A stretch of 64,000 nucleotides of DNA from the human T2T-CHM13v2.0 reference genome, Homo sapiens. The notes below the pieces were generated by a model, which was not told where the DNA came from, did no database searches, and saw only the letters and a program-made list of their open reading frames with translations. Within the stretch, counting starts at the first letter, position 1. Each line of letters starts with the position of its first letter. Positions 12,916-26,519 of the stretch are shown one piece after another. The stretch lies in NCBI RefSeq assembly GCF_009914755.1, contig NC_060927.1, one strand, 5' to 3'. A program made the translations under genes and the position numbers.

Positions 12916-14164
12916 CTTTATTTAATTCATGCAGTTTTATCATGAGCAAATGCATGATTCTTGTTACATTTTTTCAATGGTGAGGATTATTTATGAAACT
13001 ATGATACTTTCTTCAAAGCCTCCAGATTGGGAGTCATTGCAGGATGCACTTAAGTGTAGGTTTATAGGCCACCTACAACCTAAAAGGCAGAGAAAATGCC
13101 ATACCCACAAATTGACTTTGTTAAAACATGATTCAGTGTTCATGGAAATTATCTTATGGGATCTGTTAGGTTATTATAAAAATACAACAGCATTCTCTAA
13201 TATTTGCTAGATTTCAGAATTAGTGAGAAATCAGGTTAAAAAAAAAAAAATCAGTCATTTCAAAAGAGGATTCCCTGAGGACATGAACTGTGCCACGGAC
13301 TGCTGGTCAGAATAGCGCATGAGATGAGGACAGAATTGTCAGACATTACTTGACACTGTCCTTGGCAGTGTGTGATGAGGTCTGGAAGTGTGTTGCTCGG
13401 TTATAGTCCGGGTCTTCCTGATAGAGTTTTCTGACAAGGAGTTGTGTTGCTAGTCCTTGTCAGTGTGCCACCTACTGTGATGTAAGAGCGAGTGATGGTT
13501 CCTGCAAACTGTAAAGAGGGAAATGAGCCACCACACGTTCTTTGCTTTCTGTTTTCAGTAATCACGTCAATATGATCAAACACTGTGGCACTTCCAACAA
13601 GTCAGCCAGTCGCAATGTGGAGGCAATGAGAGATTTTTTTCCACCTCTTAAGTGCCCTCAGTGAAGAAAGAGAAAACTGAAGTAGTTTGGTGTGAGGGTT
13701 CTCAATCATAGGATGGTAGTGATGCAGTGTGCTGTGTAGCAGCACAAGCATCAAATTGCCCTGAAGTCTTCATTTTATGTGAAATGTGAGGCTCTTAAGA
13801 AATAGTCTCTGATTCCCTGAATGAAGTATATGCTCTGTTCAATTAGCCATGTTTTCTTCAGTTCTGCCAGTCAACACCCCTTCCTCAGAATGAATTAAAC
13901 CTTTAAATTTGCCTTTCACATGAGCCAATGATAAGTTCATGAGTAAAACCTTTGCTGCCTTGTTAAAAAGAGCCTGTCACCCAGGTAGAACTGATTTCAT
14001 CTGTGACTCAGTTGGAGAACACTCAAGGTAATACACGATGCCTGGCAGAGTCTATTCCCCTATTTCCAGGAAGCATCAAACATAATTAAAGATAGGCAAA
14101 CCTTTTCAGCCTAAAGTAGAGCTAATTTTCTCTTTTTCACTCTCTGTCTCTATATTGAACAAGC

Positions 14165-14712
14165 TAGTAAAATTCATTATCTATTGGAGAATAATAAATT
14201 AACCCAAAACTTAGCAGCAAAAGGAACAATAAGTATTTATTATCTCACATAGTTTCTGTAGGTCAGGAATTCAAGCAACTTACCTGCAGGGTTCTGGATC
14301 ATACTGTCTCATGAAGTCGCAGCACAGATGTCAGCTTGGACTACAACCATCTAAAAGCTTGACTGGACTTGGATGATTGGCTTCCAATATGGCCCAGTCA
14401 TGTGGCTGGGAAGTTAGTGCTGGTGGTGTGTGGGGGGCCTGAATTCCTTGCCACCTAAATCTCTCCATGGGGCTTCTTGAGTATCCTTACAACATTGTAG
14501 CTGGTTTCTTCCAGACTAGTGATTCAAGTGAGAGGAAGGTGGAAGCCACAATGTTTTTTTATGAACTAGCCTCGGAAGTCATACTCTGGCATGTTTGCAG
14601 TACCAAATTGTATACACAGAGCAGCCCTACGCAGTGTGGCCGGAGGAAGCACAGAGGTGTGAATATGAAGAGGTGAGAATCATTGGGGGCCTTCTTGGAG
14701 GTGGGCTCCTAT
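14165..14712 (-). mobile_element. MLT1F/G-like MaLR solo LTR
   Basis: cccaaaacttagcagc...tatctcacatagtttctgtaggtcaggaattc...ctctccatggggcttcttgagtatcc...atcattgggggccttcttggagg. Confidence 0.85.
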
Positions 14713-14721
14713 AGCCAGTTA

Positions 14722-14854
14722 CTTGATCCTTAAATCACATTGTGGAGGTATCTTCCTACTCTTTTAAAAATCATTCCTGATCCCAAATAGGGCCTTCTCA
14801 ATTCTGAACAGGCATTTTATTTCATGTGTTGCCTTTGCGTGCTCATAAATGGCT
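14722..14854 (+). repeat. 133 bp dispersed direct duplication, copy 1
   Basis: Matches 16463-16595 at 130/133 positions. Confidence 0.97.
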
Positions 14855-15194
14855 CATAAATTCCTCAACCCATTCTTAATTTTCATTTGCGTAGAGATAA
14901 CAATTTTAGTAAAGGTTCTTTCTAAACTTAGGAAGATCATAACTAACCTAGGCTTTTCACATAAGCAAGAATGTAAAGCTTAGCATATATTAGACCAATT
15001 TTTTTTTTTTTTTTTTTTTTTTGCTGTTAATAACACCTGTCAGGTATCTTGGCTGGAAATTTTAAAAGATGCTGGTTGTTCAATTTTTAAAAATCCTCTT
15101 AATATGTTGTGATTACATGTATCTAGATTTTCTTTTTGTCTCTTGCTTAGTATCTCAACTGGTCTTAAATCTTTTTTCATGTAAGTTTCCTCTA

Positions 15195-15590
15195 TGGAAT
15201 CTGCATTAGTGCTACTGACAAACCTAAAGGTGTGTAATGTCTCACACATAATAGAGCTTTATTTCTCACTTTTATCACAGTCTAAAATGTGTGTTCTTGG
15301 TCAGTGGGTGGCTTTCTTTATGCAGTGAACCACTGGCTCCTTTCATCTTTCGCTTCTGCCATCCTCGATGGCCACATCATCATCTGCATCCAGTCTGAGG
15401 AAAGGAAAGAGGGTGGAGATGGTGATGCCACTGACATTCCGCTGGAGGGAACCAGTTATATGGCTATGGCTGGTCCAGGGGCTAGGAAATGTGATTACTC
15501 ATGAGGCAGTTGCTTCCCAGACACAAGTATATTCTCTAGAAGCAGGGGTTGTGGGGAGGATTTTATAGAAAGGCAACCGTCTCTGCCTGA
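15195..15590 (-). mobile_element. MLT1I/J-like MaLR LTR
   Basis: tttatttctcactt...ggctcctttcatctt...ctgacattccgctggagggaaccagttatatggct...gctaggaaatgtg. Confidence 0.65.
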
Positions 15591-16462
15591 GATCCCAGGC
15601 TCCAGAACTTAGCTGCCTTGGAACATTTTGTAAGAACTAGAATTATGTATATTTGAGATTTTGTGACAAAAGTTAATCTTACTTCACTTTATAAGTTAAA
15701 TTTAAAATAATGTGAACCAAATTCTATAATAAAAATTTCAGCAAGAATCACTTAAATTTCAAAGTTGGAAGCCAAGCACATTGTAAAGTGTTTATACTAT
15801 TGATACATGGAGGGAAGTGGGCATCACTTTGGACTGATAAATATAAATATTGGACTGATAATATTTTAATATAAAAATAATATATATATACATAATATAA
15901 ATATAAAGCTCACTGTCCTTTTGAGGATTATTCTGGAATAATGTGAAACTTTCAAGATATCCACCCTTTCATAGGGAAGCAATCAGCTTTGTTTACACAA
16001 AATATCCTCAAACTTATATTTATGTCCCTGTTTCTAGTAATACGTCAGTTTGGATATATCTCAACCATCTATTTTCTCCCCAGTGTTAGCATGGTCATTT
16101 TCCAGTTGAGGTACTTCTGGGCTGTTATTGCCATTGCTTTACTAATTGTTGTTATTATTATTAGCAATACCACTTATCCAGCACTTACTGGGGCCAGGCA
16201 TTGACCTAAAATTTTGCTTATCTTTTATCTAATTTAATCCTCACAAAACCTTGTAAAGTAAGCACATCATCCTAATTTGACCATTACACTGAGTTTCAAA
16301 GGCTAAGGTGCAGTTATCGGTGGAGTTGGGATTTAAATATATTCTGCTTGGTACAAAGCCCTTGCTTTCTTTCACCTTATGGTGTATATCAGACTAACTG
16401 CAATATAATAAGTTTGTTTGACTTTTTGTTCTTATATCTCTGGGGAAAATTAAATCATGTTT

Positions 16463-16595
16463 CTTGATCCTTAAATCACATTGTGGAGGTGTCTTCCTAC
16501 TCTTTTAAAAATCATTCCTGATCCCAAATAGGGCCTTCTCAATTCTGAACAGGCATTTTATTTCATGTGTTGCCTTTGCATGCTCACAAATGGCT
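16463..16595 (+). repeat. 133 bp dispersed direct duplication, copy 2
   Basis: Matches 14722-14854 at 130/133 positions. Confidence 0.97.
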
Positions 16596-16944
16596 TAAAC
16601 AATGTTTCCGCTACCCTTTCTTAGAGCGTGGGTCTCCTTTGTGAATAAATTTGCAAGCATCTTGAAGAAAATGGAGTGCGAGCCATTAACCATTTTGGCT
16701 TTTTGGAGAAGAATCCAATCTTCTGTGACAGAATGGCAGGATTGATAATTCTTGTGAAGGCACTTTGGAAAGAATTCTATTACCAACTTTAGCAACCCTT
16801 TTCATTCTGTCCCACACTACCAACTCATCGGTAAACTGGTAAATGGATTCAGCTGATACAGATTTTCCCATTTGCTGGGCTTGCAAACCCATGTTGTCTT
16901 CAACAGCTCTTTTCTTGGTCTAGCCTCATAGAATCAGTCTTTGC

Positions 16945-17170
16945 AAGTGGTAAAAAGAACAAGCTTTTAAATCAGACGGCTCTGAGTTGGAATCCTGGCT
17001 GAGAACCTTTGTAACTGTGTATGGTGTTTGAGAAATTACTTAATCTTTCAATACATCAGTCTTTAATTTTGTAAATGGAAATGGTAGTGCCTAAAGACCT
17101 AAACAAGGACACATAAACAAAAATGCTTGGTGTCAGAAGACCAGTAGGTCCCGAGAAATTCTACTGCTAC
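16945..17170 (+). mobile_element. MIR SINE
   Basis: ctgagttggaatcctggct...ttacttaatcttt...tgtaaatggaaatggtagtgcct. Confidence 0.65.
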
Positions 17171-17189
17171 ATGAATTTGTTTAAAAAAC

Positions 17190-17600
17190 AATGTCAGTTA
17201 GGAATGCAGCAAGTAACAATAACAGGAACAACAAAAGTATGAAAAATAGCTAGAGAAATCAGGATTGATTTTTCTCACTTAGTAAGTCTGTAGACTGGTG
17301 GCTAGCGATGTTGGTTCAGGACCTCTATGGCATCAGGGCTGTAATCTCTGTGATTCTCTTGGCTTTGTCCTCGGGCTAGCAAGATGGCTTCTGAAACTGC
17401 AGACATTATATTCGTGTACAAGATGAGAGGAAGAGGGAGATATCAGCTGTGCTTTTCTCTATTATCAGGTAAACACAAAAATTTTTCAGAAACTCCCCAG
17501 CGATTTTTAACTGATGTCTGATTGGCTGGGTTGTGTCACATGACGATTCCCAGCTGCGAGATGGGCTTGGACGGTGACTATCTAGCTTTGCCAGCTTCAA
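17190..17600 (-). mobile_element. MLT1J-like MaLR LTR
   Basis: tgtcagttaggaatgcagcaagtaac...gcaagatggct...attggctgggttgtgtcacatg. Confidence 0.65.
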
Positions 17601-17749
17601 CAGGGGAGTTGAGCAAAGACTCTATTCATAGTCTCATTTGTTGATAGAGTGGCATGGGATTGGGGGTATAGGAAGTATAAAAGAGGAATGTGTACATGTT
17701 ATGTTGTGAAAGAAAGCATAGTGGAAAAAAATGACTGCATAGCAGTAGG

Positions 17750-18600
17750 ACTGAGGCTTAAATATCAGAGAGGAAAGGAGTGTTTCAGAAAGATCCTAAA
17801 GAATAATGATAGGTAGAGAAAAGAGTAGGGGTTTCCAGGCCATAGAAATGGGATGCAGTGACACATGAGCACTGTGTGCATTTCATGTTTGGAATTTAGT
17901 AGAAACTTGGTGGCTCTAGGTTGGTGTGTGTGTGTGTGGGTGGGGGTGGGTGGGTATGATTTAGTTGGTGTTGTGGGGAGTGTTAAGTGTGGAGTGTGTT
18001 AAGTGTGGAAAGATAAAGTAAAACTAGACTTTAAAGAGCCTTGTGCATAGCAGGAAGCAGTTTGGACTTTGGCAGCTGGGAAGGGTACTAGATGGCTTTA
18101 ACATAAGCTTAGGTTTGAACTGGCGTGAAGATGTATCTAATGCAGGTTATGGGGTATTGGACTACTGTTGTGAGGAAAAAAATAGAGAAGACAACAAATA
18201 CCGGAGAGCTTTAGGCAGTGGGCATGACGAGACTTGTCCTGATTTGCTTGAAGAATAACAGAGAGGGAGGAGTTAAGAATAACCCTGAGACATCTAGCTT
18301 GGGTGCATGATGATACTATTGAGTAGAGGACAAGGAATACTGGAAAGGAGCAGGATTTGGGGGAGAGAATAATGATTCTGGCTTTAAACGTATATAATTG
18401 AATGGGCCTGCAGGAGTTCTAAAGATTGGAGATTCTATTTTAAAGGCCAGGAGAGAGGTTGATGGAAGGTACAGTTACAGAGGAGTAACTGACATCAACC
18501 TAGGGCAGCATGCAGAGTGCTAGAGCAGCATGCAACCTAGGCCAAAAAGGAAGAGGCAGAGGAAGAGAAGAAACGAAGAGGGAGTGGCGTTCTGAAGAGG
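17750..18600 (+). mobile_element. L2 LINE fragment(s)
   Basis: Purine-rich L2-like text: gtttggacttt...agaataaccctgagacatctagcttgggtg...gagcaggatttgggggagag. Confidence 0.6.
17924..17954 (+). other. (GT)n tract followed by a G-quadruplex motif
   Basis: GGG-T-GGGGG-T-GGG-T-GGG at 17938-17954 directly after about 7 GT units. Confidence 0.85.
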
Positions 18601-18829
18601 AGTGGGCATCCAATAATTCAGAGAATTCATGCAGAATGGAAGAGACAACACTGATTCTGAACACTAACTTCATTTGTTATGTCTCTGACATGTTTCCTTT
18701 TTTGGATGTTCCCTTATCTAGACCCTAATTTCTTTGTTATCTGAACTGTTACATCTACTTTCTATTTAGTTTTGTACAAAGTATTAAGCTATTTTTTGTA
18801 CAAGATATTTGTAAAACTAAAATAAATGC

Positions 18830-19260
18830 TGGATTTTTTCTGCTTAAAAGCAACATAGGCTCATTATGAGAAAAATCAGAAAACACTGATAGGTAAAAAT
18901 AAGAAGAGGAAAACCCTCATAATCCTACTACCCAGTAATTACCACTGCCAAGATCTTGGTATATATTTTTCTTGACTAATATTTTTAAACACAAATACAC
19001 ACACAATTTAACATAAATTAGGACACTCTGTACACATTGTATTGCAACCTGCTTTCTTAAATATCACATTATACTGTATCATAAAAATGTTAAATGCTCA
19101 TCTAACAGCATTACTTTTCATGGATGAATAATATTCCACTCAATCTCTATAAAATTTGAGACAATTCTTTCCTTAATGTTGTACTTTAAGGTTGCTTTTA
19201 ATTTTTCCCTATTATAAGCAGGGCTGCAGAGAACATTCTTATAGATAAATGTTAGTATAC
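18830..19260 (-). mobile_element. L1ME-type 3' fragment
   Basis: cataatcctactacccag...gcaacctgctttc...gggctgcagagaacattctt. Confidence 0.6.
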
Positions 19261-19489
19261 TTTAATGAATAAATGTTAATGCGAGGAAGTATCTTTAAAA
19301 TAAGTGCTTAGAAAGGGATCACTGGCTCTTCCAATATCCTTTTGAGTGTTGCTCTCAATTTCCTCCCACATACCCAAATGTCTAAAAAGCTCCATTGTGG
19401 ACTTCTCCTGTTCTTCTTACAATTATTATGAAAGTAACTCTTTGCTCTTCTCTGCACATGACTTGTTCTCATGATACAGAGGGTTTCCT

Positions 19490-19800
19490 GAGGAGCCACC
19501 AAAGTGTTTGAAGGGATGTGAAGGGAGAACCAGAAGCAAAGGTCAGACAGAACAGCATCTCATCCTGAAGAACAATTTGATAATGCATTTCCAATAAAGG
19601 AAGAACTTGTCACTGAAGCAGGGTCAGCTGTTATCCTCTGCAGTCAAAAAGAGAAGAAACAGGTTAAATCTCTAGGGTGGGTGATTTAAGTTACCTACAT
19701 GAAATCATTTCCTGGTATTGTAGGCTATTAAGCTTTGAGATGTGCTCCTGGGTGTGACTTTGGAGTCTTATTGGGAAAGATTTAGGCATTTTTAGAATCT
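19490..19800 (+). mobile_element. L3/CR1 LINE relic
   Basis: Weak similarity to the CR1 3' region (gatttaagttacctacatgaaatcatttcctgg). Confidence 0.4.
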
Positions 19801-21334
19801 CTTTTGGCAGAGGTGGTTAAGTGGACTTTTGTCAGAATGAGATGCCCCTCTCGGTGACCTCTGAAGGCCACTGTTAAGCCCACGAAGTCAGTCTTCAACC
19901 TGGGAGATGTGCCATTACTCATGGTTTATTGCACTTGGGTCAGGTGATTATCATTTAAGCCTGTTTTCTGTGTATGTTTGTGTGAACCACTCTACAGAGT
20001 TGATTGAAATCTGAAGCTATTTTTCCACTTCAATTCTTTTGTCCATGAATAGTGCTTCTGTGAGAAAAGAGATCAGTGTTGTTTATTGTTGCTACTTTTG
20101 TTTTCTTATAGCTGGAAGCTTTTTCTATCAATACAAATTCCGATTCTTTATGAAAGATCAGAGTTAGTCACATGTAATCTGTATATCCAGGGTTACTCTA
20201 AGCGACACCATTTTCAACCTTCTGTAGAAATCACTTTGATTCTAAGCTGTTTCTTCATTTCTTATATTTTGGGCTTGCGTTAGAAATATTTTCCTTTTTC
20301 TTTGGGGCTGAATGCCTGATGGAGAAAGTACAGGCGGACAGCCGAAAATTTTTTCCCTCTAAATAAAAGATCACAGAAGGTGCCTGAGGAGATTTAGACC
20401 TCAGGAAAACTAAAATGAGCATTTTAATTCACTCTTCTGGGACTATTTTACATTTTTTTGGTTGGAGGGGAGCTTTGTGACCCTCTCCTTTTTAAAGTAT
20501 TTTGTCAGTGAGTACTAATTTGATTTGTTAGTGCTATACCGATGGCAAAATGTGATTAATAAGTGAGGAAGATAGGAGTTTTGAATCAGGGGACTATGAC
20601 CATGTCATGTTGGATTTTTAGCACTGAAATATTTATTCAGTTGTAGAAAAAATATTTAGAAAGTAAGTTCTCCTGCCTTTTTGGATTTCATGTGAAAAAT
20701 GTGAAGGTATGGAACTGCTGTCTCCCCGAAAAGTTTCCTGATTTTTGTGCTCTTGACTGCATCTTTTTCCAGTACCGATAAGTCAGTTTGTGATGCCCTC
20801 CCCTTGAAAATAATGATATTGGTTTCACCAGGAAAGTACCATTGTGGGAAATAGCTGATCAGTTAGAATCAGTGCAAATATGTGCAGAACAGTGAGGAAA
20901 GAAGAAGGCTCATTGACCTGGGACTCTGGAGACTTATGGTCTATTCCTGGCTGCCTGGAACTAGCTCTTAGGCATCTTTTCATTTTTCTGTACATGGCCC
21001 AAGTAGGACAGACACTATTCTGAGAGCCAGGGACCCTAACTTCTCACTTACAACCTTCTACTAATTTACTGCATGTATGAGTCTAAGCAAGGCTTTCTCC
21101 TGTCATTTTCTCCTATGTATAACAATAGGGCTACTTCCAAATTATAGACAAATTTGAGTAAGCATTTAGTATCAAGGATTATAAAATTTAAGTGCTCCAA
21201 AATGCTCTAAGTATATTTATGTCACTTTCTAAATCACAAAACAAATCCAAACGTGTAAAATGAGGAAGTAGGTGTTGATGATTACTAAGATACTGGATTT
21301 TTTTCATTGAATTCCTGAGTTATGAAGAAATTCA

Positions 21335-21785
<451 letters not shown>

Positions 21786-22585
21786 TTATGTGTATTTGGT
21801 ATTTGTTGCTCTTTCCTATGCAAGGCTTCTTCTCACTGGTTTTATTTTCATTTTTCTCCTTTACTCTTCCATGCCCCTTTACCCCATTTCAATTCTCCTT
21901 TTCCACATAGGCACCTACTCTAGAGGAGCCATCATTAAAAAAAGGTGCACCGGTATAAAATATGGCATCTTGTTTTGTGTATTATACTATGGTTCTCGGT
22001 TGGCTTCTTAATTTACTCAAAACTATATGTTCGATATCGACTTATATTTTGTGTATAGCTGGTTTGCTTCAGTAATAATTATATTACAAGTATGCATCCA
22101 TCATATTTTACTGATTCATTTTCCCAGTGGTAGGCGGTCTCACTCCCAGCTATGACAAGCAATACTTTATTGTGTCAAAATGTTTCTGTGGTATATGTTT
22201 CAGTTTGGATTGTCTGGTTATAGCATATATAGTAATGTGTATCACTCTCAAGTATGGTTATATTTTTTTTATTGTTAGTGCAAGCACATTTGTGAGAAAC
22301 ATATATGAAAATTATTCTTAACCATCACTTAAATTTTTCCATTCTCATGGGATTTAATTACATTTCTTTTATTAATAGTAAATTTGAGCATCTCTTTTTG
22401 TGTTTGTGGGCCATTTGGTTTTCCCCTACTGTGATGTGATGTGTGTGTGTGAGATGATGTAATTTTGGATAACATAGTGATGTAAGTTTGGAAGCCGCCC
22501 TCATTCTTAATAGCTACCTTATCTATCTAAAGGAATCAACTGCTAATCCCATCAGTAAATTACTCTTAGTAAAGACAAAGGGTTA

Positions 22586-22890
<305 letters not shown>

Positions 22891-23244
22891 TTTTCAAAGG
22901 ATTAATAAGATTCCCTCCTCCTCCTATCTCTATTACCAGATAGAGAGTTAAAAGCTTTGTTACCACCAGTTTCTAAAAGCTAAGAAAAGTTTCTGTGCAT
23001 CTCATTGCAGGCAAGAAGTTTGACCCTATTAATGGAGGCACTAGTCTGATAGAGACTATCCAAGAGAAGTCAGAGTCAGAGACTCTAATTTCTCATATAA
23101 CCCGCTGTTAACGTATTGAATAAATTTGTTTATGTAAGATTTTCTCTCCTTATGTGTCATATTTAAAATAAATAATAGGAATAAATACTCCGAAGTCACG
23201 GGCACATTCAAGTATGTATCTAATATCAAGCACTATAACATTTT

Positions 23245-24275
23245 CACTTTTCCAGGGCTGGCATGTAAGGATCTTGGAAGATGTCTCCGTCATCCACACA
23301 ATAAGACAAATAATGCTGAATAAACTGAAAAATTAACAACTCTTAGAGCTCTCAGAGAACTGAAGGGTCACAGGGCAAATTGCCGCCCCCAAAATTGGAG
23401 AGACAGGGAAATACAGAGAATTACAATTTTACCAGAGTAGAAACCCAAAAGGAACAACCACTGGGGAAAGCAGTGCTAGAGCAGGGACACCTAAACTATC
23501 ATTAGTGAATTGCTGGAGGCTCACCGTGGACAAGTTAGAGAGTTCAGAACTCCAGGAAACCTAGTCTTAGGGGGTTGTTCCAATGCTTTTGTGAGTTTTA
23601 TGTACAGGAGCTCTACCAGGTTCTCATAGTGAATACTGGAGAAAAATCCAATTGTACTTCTGACAAGGGGCACATCCTTAAATATGCCCAAGTGTTCTGT
23701 TCTTCTTAAGATCTTCCCTCGAAGCAAACCATTTCACCAAAGCCTAACAGACTGGTCTTTTATCTAAGCCTAAGAGACCATGGGGAAAGGAAGCCCCTTC
23801 TGGTTTTGCCTGACCTGTGTTGGGCAGTAAAAGGGGGCACAGAAAAACATCTGTGAAGTTTACAACCCAGAGGCATAGGTTCACTAAAACTGAGACTTAC
23901 TCACAGGACTGCAGAATGTGTCCCCACCCCTCACAGCTCAGCACTGCATCACTAAAGATCTATTTACTGCAGCTCCTTTTACCCAGTAAATGTCTCGTTT
24001 TCAACAAAAAAAAATGACAAGGCATACTAAAAGACAAAAAACACAACTTGAAGAGACAGAGCAAGCATCAGAATCAGACTCAGATATGGCAGGAATGTTG
24101 GAATTATTGGAAAGGGAATTATTAATATGCTAAAGGCTCTAATGAAAAAAGTAGACAACAAGCAAGACCAGCTGGGTAATATAAGCAGAAAAATGAAGAT
24201 TTTAAGAATCAAAAAAGAAATGCTACAAATAAAAACTATTGTAACAGAATTGAAGAATGCCTTTGATAGACTCAT
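23245..24275 (+). mobile_element. Old L1M 5'UTR and start of ORF1
   Basis: gagacagagcaagcatcagaatcagactcagatatggcaggaatgttggaatta...gtaacagaattgaagaatgcctttgatagactcat, typical of L1MC/MD ORF1. Confidence 0.8.
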
Positions 24276-24874
24276 TTGTAAAACTCTTAAGTGCCTCTAA
24301 TGTTATGAGTATACAGTATTCAAATGACACTTTAAATTTTAAAACAAGTCTCAACTTTACAATCTCTGTGAAGCACGTTGCTTTTTACGTGATACATTCT
24401 GGTGCTGCTTATTTCATTCTTGACTTTGAAATGTTCACGGAAGGGAAAAGGGGAGTTTTTGAAGAAATAGTATGGGAATCAGAACATTATGCAGTGCCTT
24501 CAAAGGTACGATGTACAACTACACATTCATTCTGGGTGAATAAATTTTCATTTAGAAATTATTTAGTGAAAATTATTTTTGTCTTAATGAAGTTGAATTC
24601 AAATTGTGGCATAAAAGATTCTGACATCAGCTTTAAAATTTGGATACTTAAAATTTGGGAGGTGTGAAGATGAAAATTAGAAAAAATGTTATGAAATGCT
24701 AAGATATTTTATTTAAGATTTACAGCACTTTTTTGGTCAGTATATTCTATCAATACTTTTTTCCCCCAGAGAAATCTTGCATCTCATGTTTTGTGATGCT
24801 ATATAAGTTGTTGCTTGTTTTTAACTGACAATAGCCATCAACTATGTTTGGCTTATGCAAAAGACTGCAAATTA

Positions 24875-25160
24875 GGCTGGGCATGGTGGCTCATGCCTGT
24901 AACCCCAGCACTTTGGGAGGCCGAGGAGGGCAGATCGCTTGAGGTCAGGAGTTCGAGACCAGCCTGGCCAACATGGCAAAACCCTGTCTCTACTAATAAT
25001 ACAAAAATTAGCTGGGCATGGAGGTGCGTGCCTGTAGTCCTAGCTACTCTGGAGGCCGAGGTATGAGAATCGCTTAAACCAGGGACGCGGAGGTTTCAGT
25101 GAGCCAAGATCATGCCACTCTACTCCAGCCTGGGTGACAGAGTGAGACCCTGTCTCAAAA
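24875..25160 (+). mobile_element. Full-length Alu (AluS/J) with short tail
   Basis: Both arms; TSD aaaagactgcaaatta / aaaagagtgcaaatta. Confidence 0.96.
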
Positions 25161-26519
25161 AAAGAGTGCAAATTAAAAATAAAAAGAAATAGGAACAGTC
25201 AAAAGAAATATGTTAGGAGCATTTTATAATATGTAAGGATAGCGGCAAAGCACATTCTTAAGATGGATACTGCTTTTGTTTTATTATTTTTTCATGGGAT
25301 CATCAAAAACATACTTTTCTGCAACTTTTGCTTTTGTCAATGACATATTACCAGCATCTTTCCAAGTCATTGCAAACACATTTGTCTTATTCTTTGCCTG
25401 TTTTATAAATATAAAATAATTTGTTAAAACATTGCCTATTTATGCCATTGCCTACGTATTTGCTTTTAAGTAGAGTGCTTCAGTAGTCATAATTACATAA
25501 TGTATCTTTAAGTAGTCATGCTAGTGTTTCTGTAGGGTAAATTGTTAAAATTATAGAGATTACAAAGTCATGGATTGTGGTTATTTAACATGTCGATAGT
25601 GACTGTCAAATTCCCTCCAGAAAGGATGCTCTAGCCTCCTTTCCTCTGAGAGGAAAATGCCTGTTTGTCACACATTCACCACAACTCAACATCATCAATC
25701 TTTGTATTTTTTCTCAATCCAGTACCCTTCAATTGGTATCTGTAGGATTCTGGCTCAAGATGACAGACTGATCACATATATCTGACTCTTCTTTCTATTA
25801 ACATTACAGATTTTTTTTTTTTAAAGAATGGAACTATAATAGCACTGAGCAAGAACATTCCTTAAACTATCAATGGCCAGAAGTTTTGAAGAATATGTGG
25901 AAGACAGAAAGCATCAGTTCAATCAATGGACTCATGGAGAAAGCTCAGTAGGAAATCAAAATTCAGAGCAGCTTCAAGTCTGGGGGTCAATAGAGAGCTA
26001 GAATGAGCCACAGAGAAATCATCAAAGTTACTCATTTTATAGAACTGTGTTTCCAATAACATGGACATTTGGTTGCCCCTCTGGGCCTTTATTAATTAGA
26101 ACAGTTTCAAGGAATAGGCTTTTGCTCTTGAGCTAAGATTGAAGAACTGCTTCCTAAAGAAAACAATTTGTCTGGGGGTAGCTCTCAGTGAGAATATAGG
26201 AGTCTATAGTGAAGCAGGGTGGTGTATGTAGGAAATCCTGATCTCCACAACAGATATAGTCAGGTAAACTGAAGAAAAGGTAAGTGCCTGGGAAGGAAAT
26301 AGAGCAAAGGATTCCATTCCTATGGTAATTGTGTCTGTCCTCAGTCTCTTTGCATGCCTCATGTCCCGGCAAACTCCAGGATGGGCACCTATTGACATCT
26401 CAAGTACACCATTGTCCCACCTAGAGCCTGCAGTCAGCCCTTTCATTTCAAGGGAGAGATGCCTGTGCAAGCAAACATATATAGCTTTAAAGTAAGTCCA
26501 TGTTACAAAGGTTTCATTT

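Noticed and set aside
13372-13434. Possible C/D box snoRNA (GTGATGA...CTGA)
   Set aside because: The terminal stem geometry is non-canonical, there are no clear C'/D' boxes and I recognise no rRNA or snRNA guide. An Infernal/snoscan hit would be needed.
14722-16595. The 133 bp repeats as LTRs or ends of a novel 1.9 kb element
   Set aside because: No TG...CA termini, PBS, PPT or outer TSD; the interior is unrelated, much older MLT1 and MIR sequence.
22031-22040. Perfect 10 bp palindrome tcgatatcga with two CpGs
   Set aside because: Too short to be significant in 64 kb and lies within an old L1 relic.
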